Part shown: positions 20,155-29,823 of the stretch, in pieces
Numbering within the stretch: the first letter of the stretch is position 1
How the letters are laid out: every line of letters starts with the position of its first letter
Assembly (NCBI GenBank): GCA_041615815.1
Contig: JBFJCP010000003.1
Span: 127,125 to 191,124, forward strand
Length of the DNA stretch: 64,000 nt
DNA from: Gemmatimonadales bacterium
GTDB taxonomy: Bacteria; Gemmatimonadota; Gemmatimonadetes; Gemmatimonadales; GWC2-71-9
Reading direction: 5' to 3'
The notes under the pieces: model-generated
The model's database searches: none
The model's input: the letters and a program-made list of their open reading frames with translations, nothing else
What the model was told of the DNA's origin: nothing
Translations under genes and position numbers: made by a program

Positions 20155-22173
20155 TTAGGGCGAAGGCTCACCCTCGAAGGTCATGCGAATCCACGCGGCC
20201 ACTGGTTGGCCGTTCTTCTGCGCGGGCCGGAAGGGCAGCTCCTTGGCGACCTGCGCCGCCTGTCGCGCGAATCGCAGCTCGGTCTTGCCGGCCGGAACAA
20301 TGCGGCCCACGTCCCCCTCGGCCCCAACGCGGATCCACAGAATCGCCGGGGGTGGCGCCACCTTGACGTTCTTGGGCAGCCGGACGACGGCCGGCTGCAG
20401 CGCCACGGGCGGTGCGTCGTAGCAGCCGCCGTCCGCATTGTAGCTCGGACCGGGCAACGCGCAAGCGTCGCTGTCGTCGGTCCGGGCAAAGGCCCGTCCG
20501 ACTTCGGGGCGATCATTCCCGCGAGCGCGGCGCATGGCGACCTGGACGATGATCCGCTCACCGCGCCCCACCGCGACCGTGGCCGCATAATCTTCGTACC
20601 CGAGCGCGGTCACACTCACGCGGTGCGACCCCGCTGGGACCGTCAGCATATGCTGGCTCACAGCTTCTCCGTTCACCGTCACGCGACCGAGGCCCGGGAC
20701 GCCTCGGAGCTCGAGGACACCGCTGTTGGGCCGTTCGGTCGGTGCCTCGGTCGCCGCGGCATCGACGACGTCCGACGTCTCGCGGCTTACGGAGTCAGCG
20801 GCCAAGGTATCCGGCTCCGGCACGCCTGCACCGAGTGAATCCGCGAAGCCCCAAAGCGACTCGCTCACCGCCGCGGGAGCCGAGTCCGGCACGAGCGCCA
20901 TCGCGGGCTGTACTTGCGCCGCCGCCGCCCCACCTCTCACGACATCCCAGACGGCCGCGAGGGTGATGCGTTCGCCGTTGGGCAACTGCGGGGGCCACTC
21001 GGAACCGAGCAGCAGATACCAGTAGCCGCCGGCACCACCACCGCCCATCATGAACAGGACGAACAGCCCCACGAGCACGCCGCTCCCCTTCTTCTTGGCT
21101 CGTGGGCGGGGTGTCTGGCGCGGGTCGATTCGCGGAATGGGGGTAGTCGGTGTCGGCTGCACTCCCTTCGTCGACCGCAGCGCAGCCTGCACGGTGCTCG
21201 GCGTCAGCTCCTCGGTGGGAGCCTCCATGGAAACGGTGGCAGCGGGATGCTGCTCCAGTGCGGCGATCAATTCCTCGGCAGACTGGAAGCGATCCTTGGG
21301 CGCTTTCGCCATCATCCGGTGAATCACTCGGAACAGTGCCCGTTCCTCGGCCGTCTCGAGTTTCGGCGTGGGTACAGCATCCATCACGTGCTTGTACCCA
21401 ATCGCAAAGGGATCTTCGCCGTCGAACGGCACCTGGCCGGTCAAACACTGGTACGCGACGACGCCCAGGGAGTAGATGTCACTGCGACCATCGATCGAAC
21501 GAGCCCGTGCTTGCTCGGGGCTCATGTAGTGAGGGGTGCCAATCGACATTCCCGTGCCGGTGAGTCGCGAGCCCGTGGCAGCCTTGGCGATCCCGAAATC
21601 GGTGACGACGGCATGGCCGCTATCATCGAACAGAATGTTGTCCGGCTTGATGTCCCGGTGCACGATATCGTGCTGATGCGCATACCCAAGTGCCGCGGCC
21701 GTCTGAATCAACAGCCGGCGAATGTCGGCAGGTGCTAGGGCACCCTCATCTTCGATGAGATCAGCCAGCGACTTCCCACGCAGGTACTTCATCACGAAGT
21801 AGCTCACGTGGCCCGCTTGCCCCACCCGATAAATAGGAATGATGTTGGGGTGCTCGAGCTTGGCGGCGGTCTTGGCTTCGCGCTGGAAACGCTCGACAAA
21901 GTCCGCATCGAACGCCAGCGACATCGGCAACACTTTGATGGCTACGACGCGGTCGAGGAGTTTCTCCCGCGCCTCGTAGACAACGGCCATCCCCCCCCGC
22001 CCCAGCTCCTGGATGAGCTCATATTCAGTCTTGAGCGCATCACCAATGACTTGGGACTCCGAGCCGTCCGGACGCACCGCTGCCATGGGCGTCGTCGCAC
22101 GCAAGTCGAGCCCGCACGCCGGGCAGAACTTGGCGCTTCGATCGACTTCGGTACCGCAACGTGAACAGAACAT
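20155..22173 (-). CDS. Hanks Ser/Thr kinase: Zn-ribbon, kinase, TM, PEGA-like, TonB C-terminal-like domain
   Basis: CSRC..CPAC; LGRGGMA, VAIK, HRDIKPDN, DFG, GTPHYMSPEQ; TM VLVGLFVLFMM; C-terminus FRPAQKNGQPVAAWIRMTF. Confidence 0.9.
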   Translation of the reverse strand: MFCSRCGTEVDRSAKFCPACGLDLRATTPMAAVRPDGSESQVIGDALKTEYELIQELGRGGMAVVYEAREKLLDRVVAIKVLPMSLAFDADFVERFQREAKTAAKLEHPNIIPIYRVGQAGHVSYFVMKYLRGKSLADLIEDEGALAPADIRRLLIQTAAALGYAHQHDIVHRDIKPDNILFDDSGHAVVTDFGIAKAATGSRLTGTGMSIGTPHYMSPEQARARSIDGRSDIYSLGVVAYQCLTGQVPFDGEDPFAIGYKHVMDAVPTPKLETAEERALFRVIHRMMAKAPKDRFQSAEELIAALEQHPAATVSMEAPTEELTPSTVQAALRSTKGVQPTPTTPIPRIDPRQTPRPRAKKKGSGVLVGLFVLFMMGGGGAGGYWYLLLGSEWPPQLPNGERITLAAVWDVVRGGAAAAQVQPAMALVPDSAPAAVSESLWGFADSLGAGVPEPDTLAADSVSRETSDVVDAAATEAPTERPNSGVLELRGVPGLGRVTVNGEAVSQHMLTVPAGSHRVSVTALGYEDYAATVAVGRGERIIVQVAMRRARGNDRPEVGRAFARTDDSDACALPGPSYNADGGCYDAPPVALQPAVVRLPKNVKVAPPPAILWIRVGAEGDVGRIVPAGKTELRFARQAAQVAKELPFRPAQKNGQPVAAWIRMTFEGEPSP

Positions 22174-22236
22174 TGCAAGATGCCCTAGTAATCCTTCCGA
22201 ACTCAGTGTCACTCACATTCAGTCACCTGGGTAAGG

Positions 22237-22252
22237 AGCAATCCCCGTGCCC
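22237..22252 (-). promoter_or_regulatory. Candidate sigma54 (-24/-12) promoter of the kinase gene
   Basis: GGGCACG-GGGA-TTGCT, exact GG-N10-GC spacing, about 65 nt upstream of the ATG. Confidence 0.65.
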
Positions 22253-22406
22253 GTAAGTGCCTACATTATATGAACTTGTGACGAAACTCACAGGACGAAT
22301 GGTCAGGTGGGAACAGGCCCAGTAGGCCGAGCGCATCGGCCGGAGGAGCGAGGGAACAGGACGGAAGGCAGAGGGTGAAGGCGGAGGGCCGAGCGAGTGA
22401 CCGCAC

Positions 22407-24404
22407 CTACCTCTCCCGTGCGTCCAACGACCCTTGGGCTCGCGTCGCGAGGAACGCCCGGATACCCTCGACGAGACCGGCGGCGTAGCGCCATTGGCCG
22501 GCCTCACTCGCCAGGACAGCTTCTTGGTCTGGTAACATCATGAACAGGCCTTCGGTGAGGACGGCCGGCATCCAGGTGGGGCGCGCGAGAGCCAGATCCC
22601 CACGCCCGACACCGAGATCTCGAAATCCGAATTGTCGAACGAGGGCGCGATTGATGGCTCTGGCCAGCGGCGCGCTCCGCGGATGAAAGAAGTACACGCT
22701 GGTGCCGTTATTCACGAAGGGATTCATCCCGTCCGGGAGCGCGTTGGCGTGCACGGACACGAGAACCTCGCCATCCACCCGCTCGGCAATCTGGAGACGT
22801 TCGACCAGGCTCACGCTCACGTCGTCGGCGCGAGTCAGCACGACCCGGGCGCCGAGCGAGTCGAGAAGGTGCTTCGCCTTCCGCGCAACCTCGAGCATCG
22901 CGTCCGGCTCACGGAGTCCCGTGGGCCCGGTGGCGCCGCCCGGCGGATGACCGGGATCCAGCACGATCGTCACGTCGCGCAGCGGGTGCGCCGGATCGAT
23001 AGGCGGGGGCCGACGGATCTCGAGAAGGAGATCCTCGCCCGCCCAACGCGTGCGGTACCCCCACACGCGTTCGGCCAGCGTTACCGTGATCGTCGCTTCG
23101 TCCTCGGTGGGTTGGTGAAATTCGACCAACTCCACGAATGAATCCGTCCCGCCGTACTGCACCCAATCCATGTCCGTGGTCGTGCCATACAGGGTGAGGA
23201 CGATCTGCCGTTCGGTCTCGGCAATCCGATACGGGATGCGAGCCGGCAAGGGAATTCGCAGCACCGAGACGCGCGGGCCGGGCATCAGCCGCATCGAGCG
23301 CGCCGCCCCCCCAGGGGGTGGGGTCCCGGCGGGCAATGGGTGGACATCCCGAGCATCCACCCACGCCACACTAGTTCGTGACAGTTGGAGACGGACCTGA
23401 TCGTTCCACCGTCCACTGGCCACGGCCACCGTGCCAGTGGGGAAGAACCAATGATAGGTCCCGTACGGATTAGGCCGCCCTGCCAGACTACTGTCCGTTC
23501 CGCCCAGACCCTGGGGGTCGTCGTCGACACGCACTACGACAGGCCGCTGCGGATCCACGATCCCGATCTGAAGCGGCCACCGCGCCCGCACCGTATCGAT
23601 GTCCCGGATCGCCTCGACGATCGCCCAGGCAGAGCCGCTGTCCGCCATAGCGGCGCCGGACCCAAACATCGTGCCCGGCTCCGCGCCAAGGCGCCCGGTC
23701 CACCATGCGGCATACCGGTCTGCGCGTGGTGGGCGAGCGGGGGGCAGATCGGTTCGGAACGCCCGCTCGCCCCAGGCGAGCGGGGCGGGCGTGGAATCGG
23801 CGAGCAGCGGCACGGAATGGCCGTCGGGCAGCACGATCCGAAGTTGCGCGCCTGGGCTCGCGCGTACAGCAAGCGGAACACCCTCGTCCGGTCGGAGCCA
23901 GAGCTGTCCGGTGGGACGGAAACTCGTCGTGTCGATCCACGTTGCGCGCCACCCGGGGTCGAAGGTCGGCGCCAGGCGGGCCACGAGCTCGGCCCGAACT
24001 GAGCGATCATCTGCCCGTGCAAAGAAATCGAACCGGACCACCGAATCCGTGGTGCCGACGGTGAGCGGCAGCCACGCGATCCATCCGCCGGTGGGATAGA
24101 CCTCCACGGGATACCCGTTGACGAACACCATCGCATCCCCGCGCCCGATGGACCCAAACACGAACACCGAGTCCGTCCGCGGCATCAGGTAGGTGGAGTC
24201 GGCGCGGTAGACGATGGTCCCGGCGATCGGCGGGTCTACGCGGGATGCGGGAGGATAGGCGATGCGGAGGTCGAGGGGTCCCTCGAGCGGCCGTGGGGGT
24301 GGCAGCAGCGCTGGCGCAACGAGGGGCCCTGGTGGTGGGGGGGGAGCTCCCCCCCCGCACGCGGCGACGCAGAGGATCAGCACAGCGAGACGGGGGTGCC
24401 ACAC
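22407..24404 (-). CDS. N-acetylmuramoyl-L-alanine amidase (Amidase_3) lipoprotein with long N-terminal region
   Basis: Lipobox VAAC; VLDPGH, VLTR, LVSVHANA, MPAVLTE. Confidence 0.9.
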   Translation of the reverse strand: MWHPRLAVLILCVAACGGGAPPPPPGPLVAPALLPPPRPLEGPLDLRIAYPPASRVDPPIAGTIVYRADSTYLMPRTDSVFVFGSIGRGDAMVFVNGYPVEVYPTGGWIAWLPLTVGTTDSVVRFDFFARADDRSVRAELVARLAPTFDPGWRATWIDTTSFRPTGQLWLRPDEGVPLAVRASPGAQLRIVLPDGHSVPLLADSTPAPLAWGERAFRTDLPPARPPRADRYAAWWTGRLGAEPGTMFGSGAAMADSGSAWAIVEAIRDIDTVRARWPLQIGIVDPQRPVVVRVDDDPQGLGGTDSSLAGRPNPYGTYHWFFPTGTVAVASGRWNDQVRLQLSRTSVAWVDARDVHPLPAGTPPPGGAARSMRLMPGPRVSVLRIPLPARIPYRIAETERQIVLTLYGTTTDMDWVQYGGTDSFVELVEFHQPTEDEATITVTLAERVWGYRTRWAGEDLLLEIRRPPPIDPAHPLRDVTIVLDPGHPPGGATGPTGLREPDAMLEVARKAKHLLDSLGARVVLTRADDVSVSLVERLQIAERVDGEVLVSVHANALPDGMNPFVNNGTSVYFFHPRSAPLARAINRALVRQFGFRDLGVGRGDLALARPTWMPAVLTEGLFMMLPDQEAVLASEAGQWRYAAGLVEGIRAFLATRAQGSLDARER

Positions 24405-24412
24405 GGTGGCGG

Positions 24413-24481
24413 AAGCTACACGAAATCAACGAGCTACGTCAATTTCGCTCGGTTGACCCACTTTTTGGCCTCGTGTAGATT
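24413..24481. promoter_or_regulatory. Back-to-back divergent sigma70 promoters
   Basis: Minus: TTGACG(24442-24437)-N18-TAGCTT(24418-24413). Plus: TTGACC(24453)-N17-TAGATT(24476-24481). Confidence 0.65.
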
Positions 24482-24527
24482 GGCTCACCGCTTACGTTTC
24501 GTTTACCCGACACTTGATCGGCGCGTG

Positions 24528-25535
24528 ATGGTCTGCGCCCATTGTGGGCGACACAACGACGACGCAGCACGGTATTGCGAAGACTGCGGCAAGTCGCTGT
24601 CCCGCGCTGACGTTCCGGGGGTCGGCATGACTGGAAGCGCCGTCGGCCAGCAGGCCGGGTCCCAACCATCCCGATGTCCGGCATGCGGGAGTATTCCCGT
24701 GGCCGGGCTCCCGTTTTGTCCCTCGTGCGGGAAACGTCTCGCCTCGTCCACTCCGAGCGAGGAGACCTGCCCGCACTGCGGCGCCGCGCGGGCACCGGGG
24801 GCCACCTTTTGTCCCGCGTGCGGTCGTCCGCTCGACCCCTCGACCGCAGAGCGCAAACGGACATCCGCGTTCTCGCAACCCCAGGTGCGGGTGTTGGCTC
24901 AGCTATCGTTCCTGGACGAGGACGGCCAGGTGGTCAGTACGAGCCCCATCACCCGTGAGGAGACGACGATCGGGCGGCTGGGAGCCGATATCGAGTTTAC
25001 GGACGATCACTTCCTCTCTCCGCTCCACGCCCAGATCACGGTCAAGGAGGATCGTTTCTACCTCCGCGATCTGGGAAGCCGGAACGGCACCTGGTATTTC
25101 ATTGCCGAGCCGCACCGGTTGTCCGATGGGGACATGCTGCTCATCGGATCACAGATCTTTCGCTTCAAGCGGCTCGGATATCCCGGTCCTCATCCACCCG
25201 AAAGCGACGCCACGCGTCGCATGGGGAGCCTCGTTCCCAGCGCGGATATTGCGAAGCTCGTGCAGCTTCGCAGTGACGGATCCGACCGCGATGTCGTGCA
25301 CCTCTCGCCGGGACGAAACCTCACCGTGGGCCGTGATCGGGGCGACTGGAGCTTTCCCTACGATCCCTCGATGAGCGGTGCCCATGCGGAGATACGCTCC
25401 GAGGACGCCGACTTCGTGCTCGTAGATCTCGGGAGCCGCAACGGGGTCGGGATCGCCGTGCGGGGAGAGGTCATGCTGGAGCGTACCGCTCGCATTCTCG
25501 TGGGCGACAAGATGATGCGGCTGGAGTTGCCGTGA
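24528..25535 (+). CDS. Three Zn-ribbons plus tandem FHA domains
   Basis: CAHC..CEDC, CPAC..CPSC, CPHC..CPAC; IGR..LSPLHA..DLGSRNGT; VGR..MSGAHA..DLGSRNG. Confidence 0.9.
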   Translation: MVCAHCGRHNDDAARYCEDCGKSLSRADVPGVGMTGSAVGQQAGSQPSRCPACGSIPVAGLPFCPSCGKRLASSTPSEETCPHCGAARAPGATFCPACGRPLDPSTAERKRTSAFSQPQVRVLAQLSFLDEDGQVVSTSPITREETTIGRLGADIEFTDDHFLSPLHAQITVKEDRFYLRDLGSRNGTWYFIAEPHRLSDGDMLLIGSQIFRFKRLGYPGPHPPESDATRRMGSLVPSADIAKLVQLRSDGSDRDVVHLSPGRNLTVGRDRGDWSFPYDPSMSGAHAEIRSEDADFVLVDLGSRNGVGIAVRGEVMLERTARILVGDKMMRLELP

Positions 25536-27223
25536 AGGTCTGCACCGTCTGCAGCGCTGAGTGGCCCGACGAGACCAACTTCTGCCCCAACGACGGTGCG
25601 GGTTTGCGGTCCGTCGATCGCAGCGACCTCATCGGCTCGGTGATCGCCGACAAGTTCCGCATCGAGCGCAAGCTCGGCGAAGGGGGGATGGGAGCGGTGT
25701 ATCTCGCCGAGCACATCAAGATGCACCGGCCGTGCGCCATCAAGGTGCTGACCAAAGCTCTCACGCACAATCCGGACGCGGTGGCGCGGTTCAATCGTGA
25801 AGCCGCCAACGCGGCCCAGATCAGCCATCAGCACGTCTGCGCGATCTACGACTTCGGCGAATCCGCCGACGGCCTGATCTTCCTGGTCATGGAGTACATC
25901 GAAGGCGAGACGCTCAGCTCCCTCTTGACCAGGGAGGGACGGCTCTCGCCCCCGCGGGCGGCGACGATCCTGGCACAGGCTGCCGACGCTCTCCAAGCGG
26001 CGCACGATCTCGGCATCGTGCACCGGGATCTGAAGCCGGACAATGTGATGCTGACCCAGGGGCGGGACGGCGCCGATCACGTCAAGGTGGTCGACTTCGG
26101 CATCGCCAAAGCCATGGGGGGAGGCGAGGAAGGCCAGAAGGTCACCAAGACGGGGCTGGTCATCGGGACGCCGGAGTACATGAGCCCCGAACAGCTGTCC
26201 GGCGATGTGCTGGACGGACGGAGCGATGTGTACTCCCTGGCCCTGGTGTTTTACCGCGCGATCACGGGCCGGCTCCCGTTCGAGGCGGACACCGCCCAGG
26301 AAGTCTTGATCAAGCGCCTCACGGATGAGCCGATTTCCCTTCACGACGCGGCACCAGACCTCGACTTCCCCTCGCAACTCCAAGACGTCTTGGACCGGGC
26401 GCTCCAGCGGATGCCCGGCGATCGTTACCCCACCGCGGCGGAGTTCTCGCGAGACGTTCTGGCCGCCGTTCAGGGGATGGCCCGCTCGGGCACCGGGCCG
26501 TCCACGGAGGCCGCCACCCAGATCGTGGACCGCGGCGGGCCGAGTCTGCCGCCCACGCGGCTTTCGCCGGCCTCGACCCCCGCAACACCCCAGCCGATGA
26601 TGCCGACCCGCCCTTCCCGGCCGTCGGCGGCCAAACCGCGTCAAGATGGCGGAAAGCGCCCCATCCTGGTCGCTGCCGTCACGATTGGGATCATCGCCGT
26701 GGTGGGTGGGAGTGCCGCCGTGGCGCTGCGCGGGGGTGGGGGAGCGGAGACGTCGACGGACCCGGTCGCGACGGCCGTGAAGGGCGACACGGCCGGATCG
26801 AGCACGGGCGAGACGCGCCAGCCCCAGCCGAGCAATGGATCCGACACGGCTCAGGACGGTCCGCGACAACGGCCGCGGCCGGTGGAGGCCGACAGCCCCG
26901 TCGTCGTGCCGGTCGATCCTCCCGCGCCGCGCGTCGATCTCCCGGCCATCGCTGAGGAACTCGTGGACATCGGGCGACTCATCACGGACGACCCCGCCGG
27001 TCGAGGGCGCCTCCGCCAGACAGCCGTCACCCGGTACAACGATACCCGGCTTCCCGACACGCTCCGCGCCCGCGCCGCATCGATCGTCGCCGAGTCGTTC
27101 GATGAGGACCACGACAACCAGCTGGCCGAAGCTTGTCGCTGGATCGCAAATGCGATCGCGCTTCACCCGACGAACGGCACGTATCGCTTGTTCGAAACGC
27201 AGGTCTTGGGGTGCCCGTCGTGA
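25532..27223 (+). CDS. Hanks Ser/Thr kinase with N-terminal Zn-ribbon and TM anchor
   Basis: LGEGGMGAVY, HRDLKPDN, DFG, GTPEYMSPEQ; GTGA coupling to the upstream gene. Confidence 0.95.
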   Translation: MKVCTVCSAEWPDETNFCPNDGAGLRSVDRSDLIGSVIADKFRIERKLGEGGMGAVYLAEHIKMHRPCAIKVLTKALTHNPDAVARFNREAANAAQISHQHVCAIYDFGESADGLIFLVMEYIEGETLSSLLTREGRLSPPRAATILAQAADALQAAHDLGIVHRDLKPDNVMLTQGRDGADHVKVVDFGIAKAMGGGEEGQKVTKTGLVIGTPEYMSPEQLSGDVLDGRSDVYSLALVFYRAITGRLPFEADTAQEVLIKRLTDEPISLHDAAPDLDFPSQLQDVLDRALQRMPGDRYPTAAEFSRDVLAAVQGMARSGTGPSTEAATQIVDRGGPSLPPTRLSPASTPATPQPMMPTRPSRPSAAKPRQDGGKRPILVAAVTIGIIAVVGGSAAVALRGGGGAETSTDPVATAVKGDTAGSSTGETRQPQPSNGSDTAQDGPRQRPRPVEADSPVVVPVDPPAPRVDLPAIAEELVDIGRLITDDPAGRGRLRQTAVTRYNDTRLPDTLRARAASIVAESFDEDHDNQLAEACRWIANAIALHPTNGTYRLFETQVLGCPS

Positions 27224-28254
27224 ACCTCTTTCGGAAGTCTCGGGATCCTCGGATTCGGGTATCCGTCTTTGCCAAGACGGATGTGGGGCAAACGCGCGAG
27301 CACAACGAGGACACCTTCCTCGTGGCCGATCTGACCACCCAGCGCACCTCGCTGCAACCCGAGGTGCGGGATCACGCGGTGGGACCCAAGGGCTCGCTGT
27401 TCATCGTGGCCGATGGGATGGGTGGGGCGGCCGCAGGAGAGATCGCCAGCGCCATGGCCGCGCAGACGATCCACGGACACATGACCACGCACTGGCTCAC
27501 CGACACCGATACCTCGCCGCAGCGATTTGCCTATCGCCTGAAGGAGGCCGTGGAATCCGCCAACACGAAGATCCATCAGTACGCGAGGGAACACCCCGAA
27601 CTCAAGGGAATGGGGACCACTACCACCGCGGTCGGGGTGCTGGGAGATCACATCTATCTCACTCAGGTGGGGGATTCGCGCGCCTATCTCATTCGGGGTG
27701 ACGACGCCATTCAGCTCACCAAGGATCAATCCTTGATGCAGCGCCTCGTCGACGCGGGCGAGCTCACCGAAGAAGAAGCCGAACGCAGCGAGCGCAAGAA
27801 CATCATTCTCCAAGCCCTGGGCCCCGATGCGATGGTCCGGGTCGACCTCACACATCAGCCGATCCGGCGGGGCGATGCGATCGTGCTCTGTTCGGACGGT
27901 CTCTCGAATCAGGTTCGCAAAGAGGAGATCGCCGAGCGCGTCAGAAACGCCGACGATCTCGCCGCGGTGTGCTCCGAGCTCGTCAACCTCGCCAACGAAC
28001 GAGGCGGTCCCGACAACATCACCGTGCTCATCGCACGGTTCGGCGGGGACGGCCTACGGGACTCGGCCATGAACGAAACGGTGGGACACCAGATCTACCC
28101 GCTCGCCGACAGCGATTCGGTGACCGAGCCCGTTCCTACATACCCAGACCAGCCCCTGATCCACCCGGAGGACCGGCCCAAGATGATCTTCGTGGGCGTG
28201 CTCTCCGCCATCCTCATCGTCGCGGCCCTCGCGTGGGCCGCGATCGGGTGGTGA
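27220..28254 (+). CDS. PP2C-family (Stp1/PrpC) Ser/Thr phosphatase, C-terminal TM
   Basis: REHNED, VADGMGG, GMGTT, VGDSRAY, LCSDGL, GGPDNIT. Confidence 0.95.
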   Translation: MNLFRKSRDPRIRVSVFAKTDVGQTREHNEDTFLVADLTTQRTSLQPEVRDHAVGPKGSLFIVADGMGGAAAGEIASAMAAQTIHGHMTTHWLTDTDTSPQRFAYRLKEAVESANTKIHQYAREHPELKGMGTTTTAVGVLGDHIYLTQVGDSRAYLIRGDDAIQLTKDQSLMQRLVDAGELTEEEAERSERKNIILQALGPDAMVRVDLTHQPIRRGDAIVLCSDGLSNQVRKEEIAERVRNADDLAAVCSELVNLANERGGPDNITVLIARFGGDGLRDSAMNETVGHQIYPLADSDSVTEPVPTYPDQPLIHPEDRPKMIFVGVLSAILIVAALAWAAIGW

Positions 28255-28264
28255 GCCTCGTCGC

Positions 28265-29668
28265 GTGAAGCCACAACTCCGCATCCTCAGCGGGGCCCTC
28301 GCCGGACAACAGCAGGTTTTCTCCGAGGCGCAGATCAGCATCGGCCGCCACTCGACCTCCGATCTGCGATTTCATCCTCAGGAGGATCTCGAGGTTTCGG
28401 CACGGCACGGGGTCATCCTGCGGCACGGCGACCGCTGGGTCATTCGGGATTTGGGCAGCCGCAACGGCATCTTTGTCAATGGCCACCGGATCCCGGGTGA
28501 CACGCCGCTCTCCGACACGGACCAGATCCGATTCGGTCTGGATGGCCCGTCGGTAGAGTTCCGTCTCGTCCCCGACGACGTGCCTGACGGCGTCCAATCG
28601 CCGGCATCCCGGCCGCGCCCGACGCCGGCGCCGACGCCCGCCGACACCGTACGCCGCGACAGCACGACGCAACGGATTCGAGTGGAAGTGGGGAAACAAA
28701 CCCGCCGCCTGCGATATGTCGTCGCTGCGCTCGTGGGCCTGGTGGGGGTCGCCGTGGTGCTGGTTTCCGTGACGGGACGGGAAGCTCGCCGCCGCCAGAC
28801 CGAGGTCGCGGCACTCCAGGCGCGCTCGGACAGCCTACGGCTCGCGGCCGAAGGAGCACTCCGGGCCCTCGAAGGCCGCATCGAGGCGTTGGCCTCTGCG
28901 CTTCGCACGTCGCAAGCCGAGGTCGCCGGTCTGCAAGAGAGACTGCGCACCGCACAGCGACAGGGTGACGCCGCAGAAGTCGAGTCGCTCCGGCAAGAGC
29001 TCGCCCAAGTCACCGAAGCCTTTCAGGCGCAGCAGGCGGCCGCGCAAGTCGATTACCGCCGGATCGTCGAGCCAAACCAACGCGCCGTGGCGCTGCTCTA
29101 CGCCGAGTTTGCGCGTGGAGACGTGCTGACGGGTACGGCGTTCGCGGTGGCGAGCGACGGTACACTTCTGACCAACCGCCACTTGGTGGCCGGCGCCGAC
29201 GGCACGCGCCGCCCCAACCGGCTGGGCGTGCAGTTCGCCGATTCGGATCAGTTCTGGCCAGCCCGCGTCGTCGCCATTGCCGAAGATGTGGATCTCGCCG
29301 TCGTCAAGGTCGACATCCGCGGCGGAGTACCCGTCGTCCAACGCCTCAACGCCCGGCCCGATACAGTCCGTCAGGGTGACCCCGTGGCCCTGATCGGTTT
29401 CCCGCTGGGTACCGAGCTACCCATGTCCTCCCAGGGACGTCGCACCATCGCCCGCACCTCCTTCACCCCCGGGTCGGTGAGCAAGACCCTCCCGGACCGG
29501 TTCCAGATTCTGGGATACGGCGCACCAGGAGCCAGTGGCAGCCCTGTGTTCGATGGTAACGGCGAGGTCATTGCCGTGCTGTACGGGGGCGAACCCAACT
29601 CGGATGGCCGAATCCTGTTTGCCGTTCCCGCGAACTTGGCCACCTCGTTGCTGAGCGCCCTGCGGTAA
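28265..29668 (+). CDS. FHA - TM - coiled coil - trypsin-like serine protease
   Basis: IGR..VSARHG..DLGSRNG; triad TNRH / DLAVV / GASGSP. Confidence 0.88.
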   Translation: MKPQLRILSGALAGQQQVFSEAQISIGRHSTSDLRFHPQEDLEVSARHGVILRHGDRWVIRDLGSRNGIFVNGHRIPGDTPLSDTDQIRFGLDGPSVEFRLVPDDVPDGVQSPASRPRPTPAPTPADTVRRDSTTQRIRVEVGKQTRRLRYVVAALVGLVGVAVVLVSVTGREARRRQTEVAALQARSDSLRLAAEGALRALEGRIEALASALRTSQAEVAGLQERLRTAQRQGDAAEVESLRQELAQVTEAFQAQQAAAQVDYRRIVEPNQRAVALLYAEFARGDVLTGTAFAVASDGTLLTNRHLVAGADGTRRPNRLGVQFADSDQFWPARVVAIAEDVDLAVVKVDIRGGVPVVQRLNARPDTVRQGDPVALIGFPLGTELPMSSQGRRTIARTSFTPGSVSKTLPDRFQILGYGAPGASGSPVFDGNGEVIAVLYGGEPNSDGRILFAVPANLATSLLSALR

Positions 29669-29756
29669 CTGGCAACCCCCGCCGATTGTCCTCTAAAAGG
29701 GACGATCCCAATGGCTTCTGATTCAATAAGCTCTGTCAAGACAACGGATTACGTCT

Positions 29757-29772
29757 TGGCACGCACACTGCA
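29757..29772 (+). promoter_or_regulatory. Candidate sigma54 promoter of the His-rich protein gene
   Basis: TGGCACG-CACA-CTGCA, GG-N10-GC. Confidence 0.6.
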
Positions 29773-29823
29773 TTTCTCCTCGGGCGGAGACCGGGCCGGG
29801 TCTCCCGAACCTGAGAGGAGGCA

